Source: a virus (Duplodnaviria > Caudoviricetes). Taken from it: a stretch of 32,878 nt of DNA. Below, piece by piece: positions 1 to 10,500 of the stretch. The position numbers were made by a program, and so were the translations under genes. The stretch covers positions 1 through 32,878 of IMG/VR virus record IMGVR_UViG_3300032233_001613; one strand, written 5' to 3'. Below the pieces are notes generated by a model, which did not search any database, was not told where the DNA came from, and was given only the letters and a program-made list of their open reading frames with translations. The first letter of the stretch is position 1. Each line of letters opens with the position of its first letter.

Positions 1-72
1 GGCTTACGAGGCAACGGCCGTTCACAAGGAACTGACCGAGAGCTTCGTTGAAGCCGGACGGTTCGGGAAGGA
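1..72. repeat. Terminal direct repeat, copy 1 (identical to 32807-32878)
   Basis: GGCTTACGAG...TTCGGGAAGGA matches the last 72 nt exactly; probably the assembly overlap of a circular or permuted genome. Confidence 0.95.
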
Positions 73-316
73 GCCGCCGCAAGTGGTGGTTCGTTCCCAC
101 CGTCACCGCTACCTGAAGGACGAAATCTACGGCGACAAGGGCTATTACATCTCCGTGGTGACCCCGGCGTGGCAGGCCAAGACGCCGTTCACTTGGAAGA
201 TTCCCGGTGCCCGGTTGAGCCAGCCGCAGTTCGGTGGACTCCTCATCCGCAAGGGCGAGGACGAACTCTACACGCGCTCAAAGGTGTGGTGCCTTGAGCG
301 GACGAAGGAGGGGTGA
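1..316 (+). CDS. Metallophosphoesterase, C-terminal part
   Basis: Frame 2 is open from base 2 to the stop at 316 and contains the terminal SHRH (GHxH-like) motif. Confidence 0.8.
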   Translation, partial: AYEATAVHKELTESFVEAGRFGKEPPQVVVRSHRHRYLKDEIYGDKGYYISVVTPAWQAKTPFTWKIPGARLSQPQFGGLLIRKGEDELYTRSKVWCLERTKEG

Positions 317-489
317 TGGCCTTCAAGCGCACATTCCGTGAGGAGTTCTCCCTGTTCTTCGAGATTCCGGCCCTCATCTCTCTTGCGGTGCTCGGCCTAA
401 TCCTGTTGCCGATTGTCGGTCCATTCTGTCTCTGGAGGCGTGGGCCAAAGATAAACAAGGGTGGTCACTGCGACCACAAGGAGGGGTGA
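316..489 (+). CDS. Small membrane protein (57 aa)
   Basis: TGATG coupling with upstream GGAGG; MAFKRTFREEFSLFFEIPALISLAVLGLILLPIVGPF... has one hydrophobic segment. Confidence 0.55.
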   Translation: MAFKRTFREEFSLFFEIPALISLAVLGLILLPIVGPFCLWRRGPKINKGGHCDHKEG

Positions 490-490
490 C

Positions 491-727
491 ATGGCAATCC
501 ATGTTGACGAGTGGCTGAAGGAGCTAGAGGCTTTTTCGAAGCGTTCTGACGAAGGCCACACCGCCGAAGAAATCTCGGAGAACACGGGGATGACACTCCG
601 TGTCGTGCGAGAACGGCTCAAGCAGGTCGCACGCCTTGGCCGACTTCGTGTCGGTCGCCGTAGTTCCATGACCATTGACGGCCGCCATACCGTGGTCCCC
701 GTCTATCTGGTCACGGGTTCCAAGTGA
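491..727 (+). CDS. Winged helix-turn-helix DNA-binding protein
   Basis: AGGAGG SD before ATG 491; TAEEISENTGMTLRVVRERLKQV is an HTH-like pattern followed by beta wing. Confidence 0.6.
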   Translation: MAIHVDEWLKELEAFSKRSDEGHTAEEISENTGMTLRVVRERLKQVARLGRLRVGRRSSMTIDGRHTVVPVYLVTGSK

Positions 728-927
728 ACAAGGACCGCCAGCCGGACACATTTGCGCTGGTGTGCGACGGGTCAAGTGGGGACAAGGACGCCGAACTGCG
801 AATGGCTTCTAGTCTCCACATCATGTTCAACGCATGGAAGCGTCACAAGTTACCGCAGGCAATCCCGTGGGCTTGGACGATGACCCAGAAGCAGATTGCC
901 CATTACAACGAACCCCGGAACCGTTAG
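724..927 (+). CDS. Hypothetical protein
   Basis: GTGA overlap with previous stop; last gene of the plus-strand arm. Confidence 0.55.
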   Translation: MNKDRQPDTFALVCDGSSGDKDAELRMASSLHIMFNAWKRHKLPQAIPWAWTMTQKQIAHYNEPRNR

Positions 928-940
928 GCTCCGGGGTTTG
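909..940. terminator. Probable bidirectional terminator between the convergent arms
   Basis: AACCCCGGA...TCCGGGGTT stem followed by T residues, where plus- and minus-strand gene runs meet. Confidence 0.55.
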
Positions 941-943
941 TCG

Positions 944-1189
944 TTACGAGAGGTCAACGGGGTCGTGTTCAACCGGCCCCTTGTTGTCGGGAAGGAACAC
1001 CCGAATCTCCTCCAGCGTCTCACGGAGCGCTGTAAGCGTGCGCTCCTTGGCGTTCAGGAACCCGATTGCCCGGTCAATCATCTGCACAGAGTCGGGGTAC
1101 TTGCGGCGAAGCTCATCGGCCTTGTTCTTGATGAAGTCCTCGATGAATTCCACCGCAGCCATGACATCGTTGAAGTTGGGGGTAGCCAT
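944..1189 (-). CDS. Hypothetical helical/coiled-coil protein at the end of the lysis cassette
   Basis: TAATG coupling with upstream gene; amphipathic helices. Confidence 0.65.
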   Translation of the reverse strand: MATPNFNDVMAAVEFIEDFIKNKADELRRKYPDSVQMIDRAIGFLNAKERTLTALRETLEEIRVFLPDNKGPVEHDPVDLS

Positions 1190-1524
1190 TACTTGCTCCC
1201 CTGCCAGAACCGGATACGGACGCCGACGCTGTGACGGAACTGACGGCTGTCAAGGCCAAGGCTCGTGCTGGCAACGAACGAGGCGTGCGGCGTGACATTG
1301 TACGCGCCGTGGACGCCAACCACCCACTCAGCGTGACGGCCCTCGACGGCCTCACTCCGCGCAAACGGGGTCGTCCGCCACTCGTAGTTCAGGCCCGACG
1401 CCAACGACAGGCGCTTCGGAGACAGGAGCGGAGCGACGGTGTCGCTGGCCGCACGAGCGTAGGTGGCGAACAGACACACTACTAGCACCGCAAAACAAAC
1501 AGACTTCATAAAACCCTTGGTCAC
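1189..1524 (-). CDS. Exported small beta-strand protein (outer-membrane-protein-like)
   Basis: Sec signal peptide ending ARA-A; four amphipathic beta-strand-like segments; near-terminal VGVRIRFW. Confidence 0.65.
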   Translation of the reverse strand: MTKGFMKSVCFAVLVVCLFATYARAASDTVAPLLSPKRLSLASGLNYEWRTTPFARSEAVEGRHAEWVVGVHGAYNVTPHASFVASTSLGLDSRQFRHSVGVRIRFWQGSK

Positions 1525-1718
1525 TTGATGCCCCCTTCGGGAATGACATTCTTCACCGTCTTGGAAACAAGGCGGCCGATGACATAGACGAAAGCCATGT
1601 TCACGAAATCGGCCGCTTCCTTCGTGAGAACATTGGCGTTGACCAGAACCGAAACCACGGCCGCAACCAGCGCAACCCAGAACTCCGAGGTGCGGATTAC
1701 CAGCGAGAACTTATTCAT
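1521..1718 (-). CDS. Holin-like membrane protein
   Basis: 65 aa, two hydrophobic segments, TSEFWVAL motif, charged C-terminus, in the lysis cassette. Confidence 0.65.
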   Translation of the reverse strand: MNKFSLVIRTSEFWVALVAAVVSVLVNANVLTKEAADFVNMAFVYVIGRLVSKTVKNVIPEGGIK

Positions 1719-1722
1719 TGAA

Positions 1723-1809
1723 TCACCCCCTGATTAGGAACAGGACGATGAACGCGACCCCTAGTAGCGCCGTGCCCATGATTGTGTACCGAGCCTGCTT
1801 GACCGTCAA
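1723..1809 (-). CDS. 28-aa single-transmembrane peptide
   Basis: TTG start overlapping previous stop (TTGA); MTVKQARYTIMGTALLGVAFIVLFLIRG fills the gap between two lysis genes. Confidence 0.45.
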   Translation of the reverse strand: MTVKQARYTIMGTALLGVAFIVLFLIRG

Positions 1810-1988
1810 CTCCCATCACCACCCTTAGTCGCCTTGAGGACGGCCACCTCGGTGCGTAGGTCTTGGACGGCGTCGCGTAAATCCTCCAGCACCCGCTCGT
1901 GGCGGGAAACGGCCGAGAAGGTTACGGCGGCGTTGGCGATGATTGTGCAGATTGCGACAACGGCGGGAAGCCACGAGGTTACATTCAT
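1806..1988 (-). CDS. Holin-like protein (one TM plus coiled coil)
   Basis: N-terminal TM then heptad LEDLRDAVQDLRTEVAVLK; ATGA-coupled to the endolysin. Confidence 0.6.
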   Translation of the reverse strand: MNVTSWLPAVVAICTIIANAAVTFSAVSRHERVLEDLRDAVQDLRTEVAVLKATKGGDGS

Positions 1989-2470
1989 GCAGCCACTCCG
2001 AAGGTATGCCCGCCGATACGCGCAGTCTCACGGGTTCGCCCTGACTCAAGCTCTTGTTTAGAGAACCACCTGCTCCTCGGACGAGCGCTATCGTCCGCAC
2101 CCCACAGCGAGTTCACGCAGTAGTGCGTGGCTCCTTCGGTGGGGTCACCAACGAGTCCATCTAGTGTTTCGTGTGCCGCCTTGACGCACGCCGCCCATAC
2201 CGCCATCGGGAGGTTCTTGGCACCCTTCCGAACCGTGTCCTCCAAGAAGGACCGGCGCGGCTGGGAATGGTTCCAGCACGAGAACTGCCAAGGCATGAGG
2301 ACAACGAACTTAACTCCGAGCTTGCGGGCAAGCATCCGATTCTTGACCACCCAAGCAATGGCATACTTGCCCAAATCCGATTCGCCCTCGGCCTCACCGA
2401 GCACGGTAAGCGCGAGCAGGACAACATCGTCCTGCTCACCCGGCGCCTTATTCGGGTCGGGGAACACCAC
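1985..2470 (-). CDS. Endolysin, SleB/Hydrolase_2 cell-wall hydrolase family
   Basis: LALTVLGEAEGE, VVKNR, WQFSCWN, DPTEGATHY and IGGHTF are typical SleB-family motifs. Confidence 0.88.
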   Translation of the reverse strand: MVFPDPNKAPGEQDDVVLLALTVLGEAEGESDLGKYAIAWVVKNRMLARKLGVKFVVLMPWQFSCWNHSQPRRSFLEDTVRKGAKNLPMAVWAACVKAAHETLDGLVGDPTEGATHYCVNSLWGADDSARPRSRWFSKQELESGRTRETARIGGHTFGVAA

Positions 2471-2472
2471 TG

Positions 2473-3183
2473 TTAGTTAGTGTACCCGAAGTAGTCAACA
2501 CGGATTGGAACGCGCTTGTTGAGCGCGCCAGTAGCGCCAACCGTCTGCATGGGACGGATGAGGACATTGAGGTACGGCGCACGAATCCACATGCCGTTGC
2601 GGTCAATGAGCGGGATTGCGATGGAGGCAGGCCGGGGGAAGTTCATACCCGCGGTCTGAGCATCCCGCGAAAGCTGAACCACATATTCCGTGGAGGTGGG
2701 GTTGAGCAGAGTGGGGGCGCCGCCAAGGTTCATGGACACGAGATTAAGCGAGTCCACGGTGCCAACAGTGAAGTCAACGACATTTTTCGCCAACGGGAAG
2801 TTGAATGTCGAGTCAGAACTGATGGAACTGGTCCACGACCCGGTGACTCGCACGGCAAGTCGAACGGTGGAGAACAGAGATGGCGAAGTCATGTTCGCGG
2901 AAATGACGAGGTAGCTTCGCACGGCCTTATAGGTGGTAAGAGCGGTGCGTGTGGAGTCAGAGCTTCCGGGAGCGATGCTGTCGGGTGCGACACACCCGCG
3001 GTACTTGATGATGAAGTCGGACTCCTTATCACCAAACACCACGATGGCCTTGCCAAGCGTGTCAACGACCGCGCCGTTGGTGGCGTTCTGGTAGTAGTTG
3101 CCAAACAGCGTGGCGTTGCCAGCGGCAAACGCGGCAGCGGCGATAAGGCAAAGGAGTGCGGCTACCGTGAATACCTTCTTCAT
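2473..3183 (-). CDS. Sec-exported beta-rich protein
   Basis: Signal peptide MKKVFTVAALLCLIAAAAFA; S/T/V-rich mature part; AGGAGG SD; TAATG coupling. Confidence 0.75.
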   Translation of the reverse strand: MKKVFTVAALLCLIAAAAFAAGNATLFGNYYQNATNGAVVDTLGKAIVVFGDKESDFIIKYRGCVAPDSIAPGSSDSTRTALTTYKAVRSYLVISANMTSPSLFSTVRLAVRVTGSWTSSISSDSTFNFPLAKNVVDFTVGTVDSLNLVSMNLGGAPTLLNPTSTEYVVQLSRDAQTAGMNFPRPASIAIPLIDRNGMWIRAPYLNVLIRPMQTVGATGALNKRVPIRVDYFGYTN

Positions 3184-4634
3184 TACTTACCTCCTGTGTT
3201 CTGAGACGGCTGCGGGAACTTAAGTGGCCCGGCGTTGACGGCGGGCTTATTGCTCTTTCTGCTTTGATACATGATATACGCAGGCAACGCCGCGATTGCG
3301 GCACGAACGGCCGGGTCTGTGGCGGTCAACATGATGCGCGAAGCAAGAGCCGGGTTGGTCATGGCAAGCGCAAGGATGGCTCCGTACTCAGCCGACTTCT
3401 GGCCGTGCTCGTTGCCTTCGGCACCAAGTGTTCCAATCGCACCTCCGGCAAGAGCGCCAATGCCAGCGCGATGGAGAACGCCGACTCCACCGGCCCCAGA
3501 ATGGGCTGCGGAAGCAAGTTCCTTGGCAGCGATTGCGTTGCTCAGGTTTTTGCGCATAGACCGGAATCCCTCTCCGATTCTCCCCGGAGCGTTCCTGAAG
3601 ATTCTAGTCGCAGCGTCGGCAAGTTCCTTTGCGTGCATGGCTTCGGCGGAGTGTTCGCTTGGAATAGGGAACTGCTTGCCAGCAGCACCGCGAGCAGAAG
3701 CCATCATCTGGATAGCTTTCTGCCGCTGCTGAATAAGAATCTGGTATGCGTGTTCTGGGTCAATCATCGAGGGGAGGTTTGCGCGGAACTCGTTGAGATG
3801 CGCAACCAGTCGCTTTGCCGTGGAGAAGTCTGCACCGCGACTGAACTTATACACCTGCCCGCGCAGTTCCTTTAGGAACTCCCCACGAGGAACCATCATT
3901 CCAGCGCGCTTGGCCTGCATAGCCCACTTTCGACCTTCTTTAGCGGCGTTGAGGAAGTTACGCCACACCTCGCCGGTCAACTTCTCGGGAGCACCTTCGC
4001 GAAGGCCACTACCCTTGACCAAATACGGACCAATTATTGGGGCCTTTCGGACTTTCTCGGCAGAAGGAACAACCTTGCCGACACCCGGAATCTTTCGCAG
4101 GGAACCAACGATGTCGGGCCCGCCAATCGGGATGCGCTGACGAATCATCTCCTCGGCTCCCTGCTTCACCTCGGGCCACACATGGCGAGGCATGGACGAC
4201 AGCAAGGAATGCACGCCGCCCGCCCTAGCAAGCTCGGGAAGCGCAGCGCCAAGGCCAGCCTCTGTGGCAGCCGCAGGAATCTCGCCAAGCATAGACCCCG
4301 GAGCGTCACCAAAGCCGTGCGTGCGGTAGTAAAGCTCCTGCGCACCCTTGCCAGCCATGTGGCCCAAGAACTGGCCACCGGCCTGCATGAAACCCTTCTT
4401 GGCCCGGCCTCCGCGGCGACCACCGAACCGGCCAATGCCAGCACCGACAAGCCCGATAGTCGTCGGGAGTGCGTCAACGAATCCGGGAGGCTTCGAAGGG
4501 GCCTTGTAAATAACTGCGCCACTCTCCTTGCGAGCCGAGGCAACAAGGCTATCCGGAACAGCAACTGGCTTTGATTCGCCGGGAAACAGCATCATTTCAT
4601 CTTTGCCGCTACCGTTTGTGGAAGTATTCATCAC
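3183..4634 (-). CDS. Putative internal virion/ejection protein 3
   Basis: A/G-rich, helical, glycine-zipper hydrophobic segments (AGIGALAGGAIGTLG); downstream of the nozzle gene as in podoviruses. Confidence 0.55.
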   Translation of the reverse strand: MMNTSTNGSGKDEMMLFPGESKPVAVPDSLVASARKESGAVIYKAPSKPPGFVDALPTTIGLVGAGIGRFGGRRGGRAKKGFMQAGGQFLGHMAGKGAQELYYRTHGFGDAPGSMLGEIPAAATEAGLGAALPELARAGGVHSLLSSMPRHVWPEVKQGAEEMIRQRIPIGGPDIVGSLRKIPGVGKVVPSAEKVRKAPIIGPYLVKGSGLREGAPEKLTGEVWRNFLNAAKEGRKWAMQAKRAGMMVPRGEFLKELRGQVYKFSRGADFSTAKRLVAHLNEFRANLPSMIDPEHAYQILIQQRQKAIQMMASARGAAGKQFPIPSEHSAEAMHAKELADAATRIFRNAPGRIGEGFRSMRKNLSNAIAAKELASAAHSGAGGVGVLHRAGIGALAGGAIGTLGAEGNEHGQKSAEYGAILALAMTNPALASRIMLTATDPAVRAAIAALPAYIMYQSRKSNKPAVNAGPLKFPQPSQNTGGK

Positions 4635-6157
4635 TTAACTCCGTGTCTGCTAAAAAATCCGGCGGAGCCTCCGTCGGCGGTGGGATGCTGACGACCATAG
4701 ATTCCGGGTTCAGTATCAGGAAGGATGTTGTCGTACTCCGACGTAATCCTAATGTTCGGGTCATACGGCAGATTTTCTCGCATAGACTGTAACGCCATGT
4801 CATAAACACTGACTCGATTGACTGCGTCCGCCTTAAGCACCGCAAGCGCTGTACGCAACTGGCTCTTGGTAAAGTCGTTGTTCAGAACAGCACGCATTTC
4901 TGCTGCACCAGCTACGGTATTTGACCCTGTCATATTCGGGGAGTTCAAGATTCTCTGGAACTCTGGGCGAACAACATCGAGAGCAACTTGATACGAAGTA
5001 ACGTCGGGGTCGCCCGTCCAGCTCTTGACTGTGCGAACAAACCCGTTAACAGGACGAATATTGGTGTCGGGTATTTTGTCGAGCATGTTATCAAGAATAG
5101 CCGCGTTTCGTTCGGCGGTAGAGATAAATGCGCGAGCATTGTCAGACATCTTCTGAAGGTTAGCCAGCGAACGCGAGTTGGCCTTGACGGATTCCGATGC
5201 CCTGACGACAGCTGCAGGAGAGAACCCACGAGCCTTCATCCCGTTGAAGATTCTTGCCGCTCCGGGAGAGCGCATAAACCCGCCCGGAAGGGTTCCGCCT
5301 GACGCCATCATACCCTGCGCAAACTGAACACCTTCGTCAGAAAGCATGACAGGCTTCTGACGATTCAGTTCCGACCGCGGCACAAGCGCTTCGCCATTCT
5401 GCTCCCAAATCTTGATGTCCGGGTTAAGGCGACGAAAGCGGGCGATTTCCTCCGGCGTAGTGAGGTGAATGATGTTGTTATCCTCTGCGCGCTGACTCAT
5501 CGGCGTGTAGAGGTCGTCGGTCTTTACATACGGGACATTCGCGTTGATTGCGTTTCGGCCGGTATCCGTAAGTTGCTGGTTAATGTCACCAATGTTATCG
5601 GCCGTAACTTTGGTCCACCCCGGAACTTCCTTGTCGTCCTTGAGCTGAGCCTCGCGCCACTTCTGAATGAAGTCGGCGCGGTTCTTCTGGTCCTCCTCCC
5701 ACGCCTTCTTCTTCGCCGCTAGGTCTTTCTCTCGTAGAGCGGCCTTCTCGCCCTTGGCACCGACATAGCCAGAAGCAAGGCCATGCAGGAAGCTGGTGCC
5801 CGGCGTGTTCGGCTTGTAGGTGGACTCGTCAATGTAGTCCTTCATCCCCTTGAGAGCGCCCTGAAGCCGAGAGCCGCTGAGAAACAGGCCCGGCTTGATG
5901 CGCATACGCTCGCCGAGCTTGTTCTTGAACGGGAGCGGGATGTTGAACGGGATAGGAATGTTCTTGGGGACAGCCGCCTCTGGCTTCTTGACCGCAGGGC
6001 CAAACACCTGCGAAAGAACAGCTTCCGTAGGGTCAACAGTCGTCGTTGGCTTGGCATCGGCGGCCGGGGCAGCAGCCGGAGTTTTTTGAGAAGGTTTCCC
6101 CAAATTAGTAACATCAGGAAGCAAAGAATAGAGCTGTCCAAACGAATACGAACCCAT
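4631..6157 (-). CDS. Putative internal virion/ejection (DNA transfer) protein 2
   Basis: 508 aa helical/coiled-coil protein at the position of podoviral ejection proteins. Confidence 0.55.
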   Translation of the reverse strand: MGSYSFGQLYSLLPDVTNLGKPSQKTPAAAPAADAKPTTTVDPTEAVLSQVFGPAVKKPEAAVPKNIPIPFNIPLPFKNKLGERMRIKPGLFLSGSRLQGALKGMKDYIDESTYKPNTPGTSFLHGLASGYVGAKGEKAALREKDLAAKKKAWEEDQKNRADFIQKWREAQLKDDKEVPGWTKVTADNIGDINQQLTDTGRNAINANVPYVKTDDLYTPMSQRAEDNNIIHLTTPEEIARFRRLNPDIKIWEQNGEALVPRSELNRQKPVMLSDEGVQFAQGMMASGGTLPGGFMRSPGAARIFNGMKARGFSPAAVVRASESVKANSRSLANLQKMSDNARAFISTAERNAAILDNMLDKIPDTNIRPVNGFVRTVKSWTGDPDVTSYQVALDVVRPEFQRILNSPNMTGSNTVAGAAEMRAVLNNDFTKSQLRTALAVLKADAVNRVSVYDMALQSMRENLPYDPNIRITSEYDNILPDTEPGIYGRQHPTADGGSAGFFSRHGVK

Positions 6158-6159
6158 GT

Positions 6160-7551
6160 TTAACCTCCCATGCCGAGATAACCACCAACCGCCTTGCCAG
6201 CAAGGCCGCCGACGAAGTTGCCGAACCCGCCCTGACGGTACTCCTGCGCACGCTGGAGGTCATTCTGCGTGCGAGCCGTCATGGCCGTGTTGGCGGCGTT
6301 CTGGGCCTGCTGCTTCATGTAGGTGTCCTGCGACTGGAGAGCCTGTCCGCGTGTTTGGGCCATGATATCCTGCACGCCGCGCCCGGTCTGCATGAGCGCC
6401 TGCTGCTTTGCCACAGCCTGCTGAGCGGGGTCCATGCCACCAAGGCTAGCCTGAGTCATCTGGCGGCGAACAAGGGCGTCTGCGGTGCCCTGCGCACCCT
6501 CAAGCTGGCCCTGAATGAGAGCCTGATTTCCTCGCGGGTCGAAGTACCCAGCGCCACGAGCGGCGTTGATGTCTCCGGCCATACCGCGCTCGTAGCCATA
6601 CGGGTCAATCTTCGGCTTGGGGCCGGTGTTAATCAGCCCACCAAGGGCAAAGCCGGGGATGCCAGCGTTTGCAATAATGCGCCCCGGACGGAACTGGCTT
6701 TTGGCGCGCTTCATGGCCTTGCGGGCAAGGTATCCGGCGAACTGCCCGGCGACACCGCCAAAGGCGTGCCCTTCGGCACCATCCTCGCCGCTGCCGTACT
6801 CGCCCTGCTCGGCCTCGTCAAGCTCAAGGAGCATCTGGAGAATACGCACGGCGCTCGAAGGATAGTTCCCTTCGTGCTCGTTGTTGGTGTCTTCTCCGGG
6901 CACCATACCGCCCTGCGCAAACCCGGCGTTGACTCCGGGGTACTGGCCGTACTGCATGGGAGCGGGGCCGCTATAGCCCTGCATCTGCGGCGGAGTAAAG
7001 GTAGCGGGCTGGCTACCGGGCATTGAAACGCCCGCCTGTTGGGCGGCAGAGCCGGTCGGCATCTGCGTAGGCGCTCCCTTTGCGATTCCCTTCAATCCAC
7101 GAACGGCCCTAATGATTCCACCGAACGCGTATCCGGGGACGGAGCCTCCGTATTCCATGCCAACGGGACCAATGCCATTCATCATGTTGTGTGCTCCCCG
7201 CTGGTTCAGCGCCAACAGCGCAGCAGCGATTTGAGGATTCTTGGTGACTCCGGGATTCATAACGATTTCTCCCGGAGTAAGCATCGCCGGAACCGTATCC
7301 TGCTTGGCAGGCTTGCCGGGGGTTACGCCGGGGATGTGCGGCAGGCCGCGTTTGCGAAGTACCACGGGGACACCTCCATAGGTCTGGCTAGAGGTTGTGG
7401 CAGGCGTAGAAGTGCCTAGTGATGCAAGCAGACTGCCGCCGGTGCCGCCACCTCCTACCGAATCTCCGCTTCCGGCAGAGCTGCTTCCGCTGCGCGGCCC
7501 CTTGAGTGGCTCGTCGAAGGCGTCAAATCCAATGCCGCCGTAAACAGACAT
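6160..7551 (-). CDS. Putative internal virion/ejection (pilot) protein 1
   Basis: G/Q/A-rich; DTVPAMLTPGEIVMN motif and five G-[YFMH]-x-x-GG motifs; C-terminal glycine zipper. Confidence 0.6.
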   Translation of the reverse strand: MSVYGGIGFDAFDEPLKGPRSGSSSAGSGDSVGGGGTGGSLLASLGTSTPATTSSQTYGGVPVVLRKRGLPHIPGVTPGKPAKQDTVPAMLTPGEIVMNPGVTKNPQIAAALLALNQRGAHNMMNGIGPVGMEYGGSVPGYAFGGIIRAVRGLKGIAKGAPTQMPTGSAAQQAGVSMPGSQPATFTPPQMQGYSGPAPMQYGQYPGVNAGFAQGGMVPGEDTNNEHEGNYPSSAVRILQMLLELDEAEQGEYGSGEDGAEGHAFGGVAGQFAGYLARKAMKRAKSQFRPGRIIANAGIPGFALGGLINTGPKPKIDPYGYERGMAGDINAARGAGYFDPRGNQALIQGQLEGAQGTADALVRRQMTQASLGGMDPAQQAVAKQQALMQTGRGVQDIMAQTRGQALQSQDTYMKQQAQNAANTAMTARTQNDLQRAQEYRQGGFGNFVGGLAGKAVGGYLGMGG

Positions 7552-7560
7552 AATATTCTC

Positions 7561-10500
7561 CTATGCCCCGGCGATTGTCGAGTTAGGATTCCCGACTTCG
7601 CGGTACTTGAGTGCCAGCTTCCAAATCCTGTTTTCGCCTGCGTCCGTGATGCTATTCCATTGCGCCCAGAACATGTCCGTGGAAACCCGCTGCGTGGAAT
7701 CAATCGGGATTACCTGTTTATGCGACCGGGACTTAATGGTTGAGTTGACCGGCAACTTCCTGTCAAGGCCGTAGTTGAATGTCGGGACTTGGTCGTTAGC
7801 AAAGATTAGACGGGTCTGCGTACCAGTACCAAGGCTGGTCATGTGCGACGCTTCAACGGCCTGAGGCTGCAACAGACTGAAATCCGACGAGATGAATGGT
7901 GCAAAGATTGCGCGCCCTTCATAACTGTGGCCGTTGTCCGTCGTTCCCGTGTTGATTTGCTGCACATGGCCGTCATAAGTGCCGTTATTGCTATCAACTG
8001 CGATGAACGACAAGAGAGTGCTGGTATGAACACTTCCCATTGCCCCTATGATGCAGTTCTCTGTGTCAACATTATACATGCACGGGGACGACCAAGCGTA
8101 TGTAATCCTTCCTTCAGGCGACACCAGCTCCTCCGCCCCGCTAGCCTCGATTCCCGGAGAGTAGTCGTAAAAGCAAATCTTGCTGAGCAAGACTTCTTCT
8201 GACTGGCCGTTGAACCCAAATGACCTGAACGCACAGGCTAGGGTTCCGTCGAGAACGGCAAGGCTGAGCTGCTGGTCGTCCGTATCGGCGGCAGCAGACG
8301 CCATTGACAAGCCAATCTCATAGGCCAAGTCGCCGGTGTTCTTGGCGCGATTGTAGATTGCGCCACTCAACTTGAACTCGCGGCGGCTCTTGTCCGTGAC
8401 AATGATGCCGTCGTGCGTTGCATACGCAGCCCACCCATTTCCAGCGGTGATTCCAAGGTAGGAAATGCAGCCTCGCGTGTCGTTGATAGTGAACAGTCGG
8501 GTATCGGCGTCCTCGCCAGTATTTGAACCGCGCTGGTTGGCAAGCATGTGGATACCGTCTGAGTACGCGATGATTGCCGCGCCCTCAATGTCCACGATGC
8601 CCATGCACGACCGCTGGTAAATCTGATGCGGCGATGCGTGCGGCATACGACGGTTGCCAGCCACCCAAGCATTCGGAGCCAGCGAGATACCAGTAGCCGC
8701 AGCGCCCGGGGACGAGGTCGTGAAGTAGACGCTTGTCTTGTCTGGCGTGCGAGCGTCCCGAACGGTATCAGAGGTCTTATATGGGTTGAGGAAGGCAACG
8801 GCCGGGAACGAGAAGCAGAAAGCCCGAACGAATCCTCCGGTTCTACACGGCAGCGTGGTCAGGTCGCTGTCGAAGGTAATGTAACCCTCGTCGCCCGTGT
8901 TGCTGTAGAAGGCGCAAACATGAGACGCGAGACTGGATGTGGCCGCAGCAGACATGGTCAAGCTAGTCGAGCTTTCCTTGGACACGACATAGGTTCCCGC
9001 GGGGATATTGCCAGCGTATGTGTCGGTCTTGTTGGTAATCTCGGCACCAATAGGAATGTTGTCGAACGAACCGGAGGTCGTAAGCGTAGTCGAGTTGTTG
9101 ACCGTCACGCATGTGCTGACCTCCTGAACCGTAGGAGCCAGCATCGAGGTGGAGATGGAACCGTCAACTCCGGGAGCAAGCTGAGCTGCCCATGTCCCAT
9201 AACCAGCCAAAGAACTGAGGTTATTGATTCCATCAACCAGACTCTGTAGCGTTGTGTAAGTAGACAGGTTGTAAACCTGTCCTGTCGCCGAACCAGAAGA
9301 AGAAACCTTGTATAGCTTGAAGTATCTAGTACCCGAAGATGTCTTGATAATCCTGAAATACTGGGCAGTTGCTGTATACGCGGAGTCGTCCGTGTCGTGT
9401 GTGTTTAACGAATAGTCAGTTGCCGCCGGATAAATCCAGTCCACCGGCGACACGGCGCTGTTACCGATTGGGCTAATCATGAACGCGCTCTGATTTGGCA
9501 GCGTGTACGAGATGATTGCGCGCTGGTCGCCAGTACCGATATACCGAGCACGACGCGGAAGGACCAAGTCGAGGCGGACAACATCTGCGTCCTCAAGGAG
9601 CGAGTTGTCATCTCCGCCTGTATCAACATAAACCTTCTGAGTATTGTTGTTGATTACGGCAATAATGCGTAGGTCGAGAGGCGACGCGGTGACGACATCC
9701 GTGAACGCAGTCCTATTCTGCTTCGGCGAACGCAGAAGAATCCTAGCAGTGGTTCCCTCGGGACCAATCGGAATGTTCTCGTACTGGATGAACGAGTAGT
9801 GCTTCTGGCTTCCAACAGAGGTTGGCGAGCCAAGCACAACGAACCCACGGCCACTAGTAACCGTCGAGTTTGGCATGCGCGGGATGTACGGAGCCGAGAA
9901 CGAACCGTCCTCGAACTGGAACACCACGGACACAAAGAAGGTGTCTCCCTCTGACCACGGAGCATTATGCAAACTTGATGCGCCAGCGGGGTCCGTAACA
10001 ACGGTCGGTGGGCACAGCGGGGGCCAAGGCCCGGTAGGGAACATGCGAACAGTCTCGCTACCTACCGAGCTGCTTTCGTTGAAGCGCTTGTTCCACCGCC
10101 ACGGATTACCGTAAAGATTAGGAGCATAAAGCCAGTTTTGGTTCTGAATGACATTGCGCGAGCCGCAGGTCAAGAACTGCCGCGTAAACTCCGTAGCTCC
10201 GCGGTTATACAGCCCTGACCCGCTATCTACGAATGTCGGGACAACCTTAAGGCGGTACTTTGACGAGCCGGTATCCGTCGTCGGGTCGTTGCTATAGGTC
10301 ACACCATCCGAGAACTCCTCAAGAAGCGTGTAGTTCTTGAGGGCATTGGATGGCGTTGCGCCGGAATTGGTGCTGGCCATGTAGATGGTCCCGCGCTTGC
10401 TGGAGTCGTTTCCAAAAAGGACGGACAGCAGAGGCAATCCGCTGGAAACCGACGGTGAATCAATGGCGAACAACTTACGGGACTTTGCGGACCACTTGCT

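Noticed and set aside
1-72. Biological terminal repeat or att site
   Set aside because: Falls in the middle of a gene and no integrase was found; best explained as assembly overlap.
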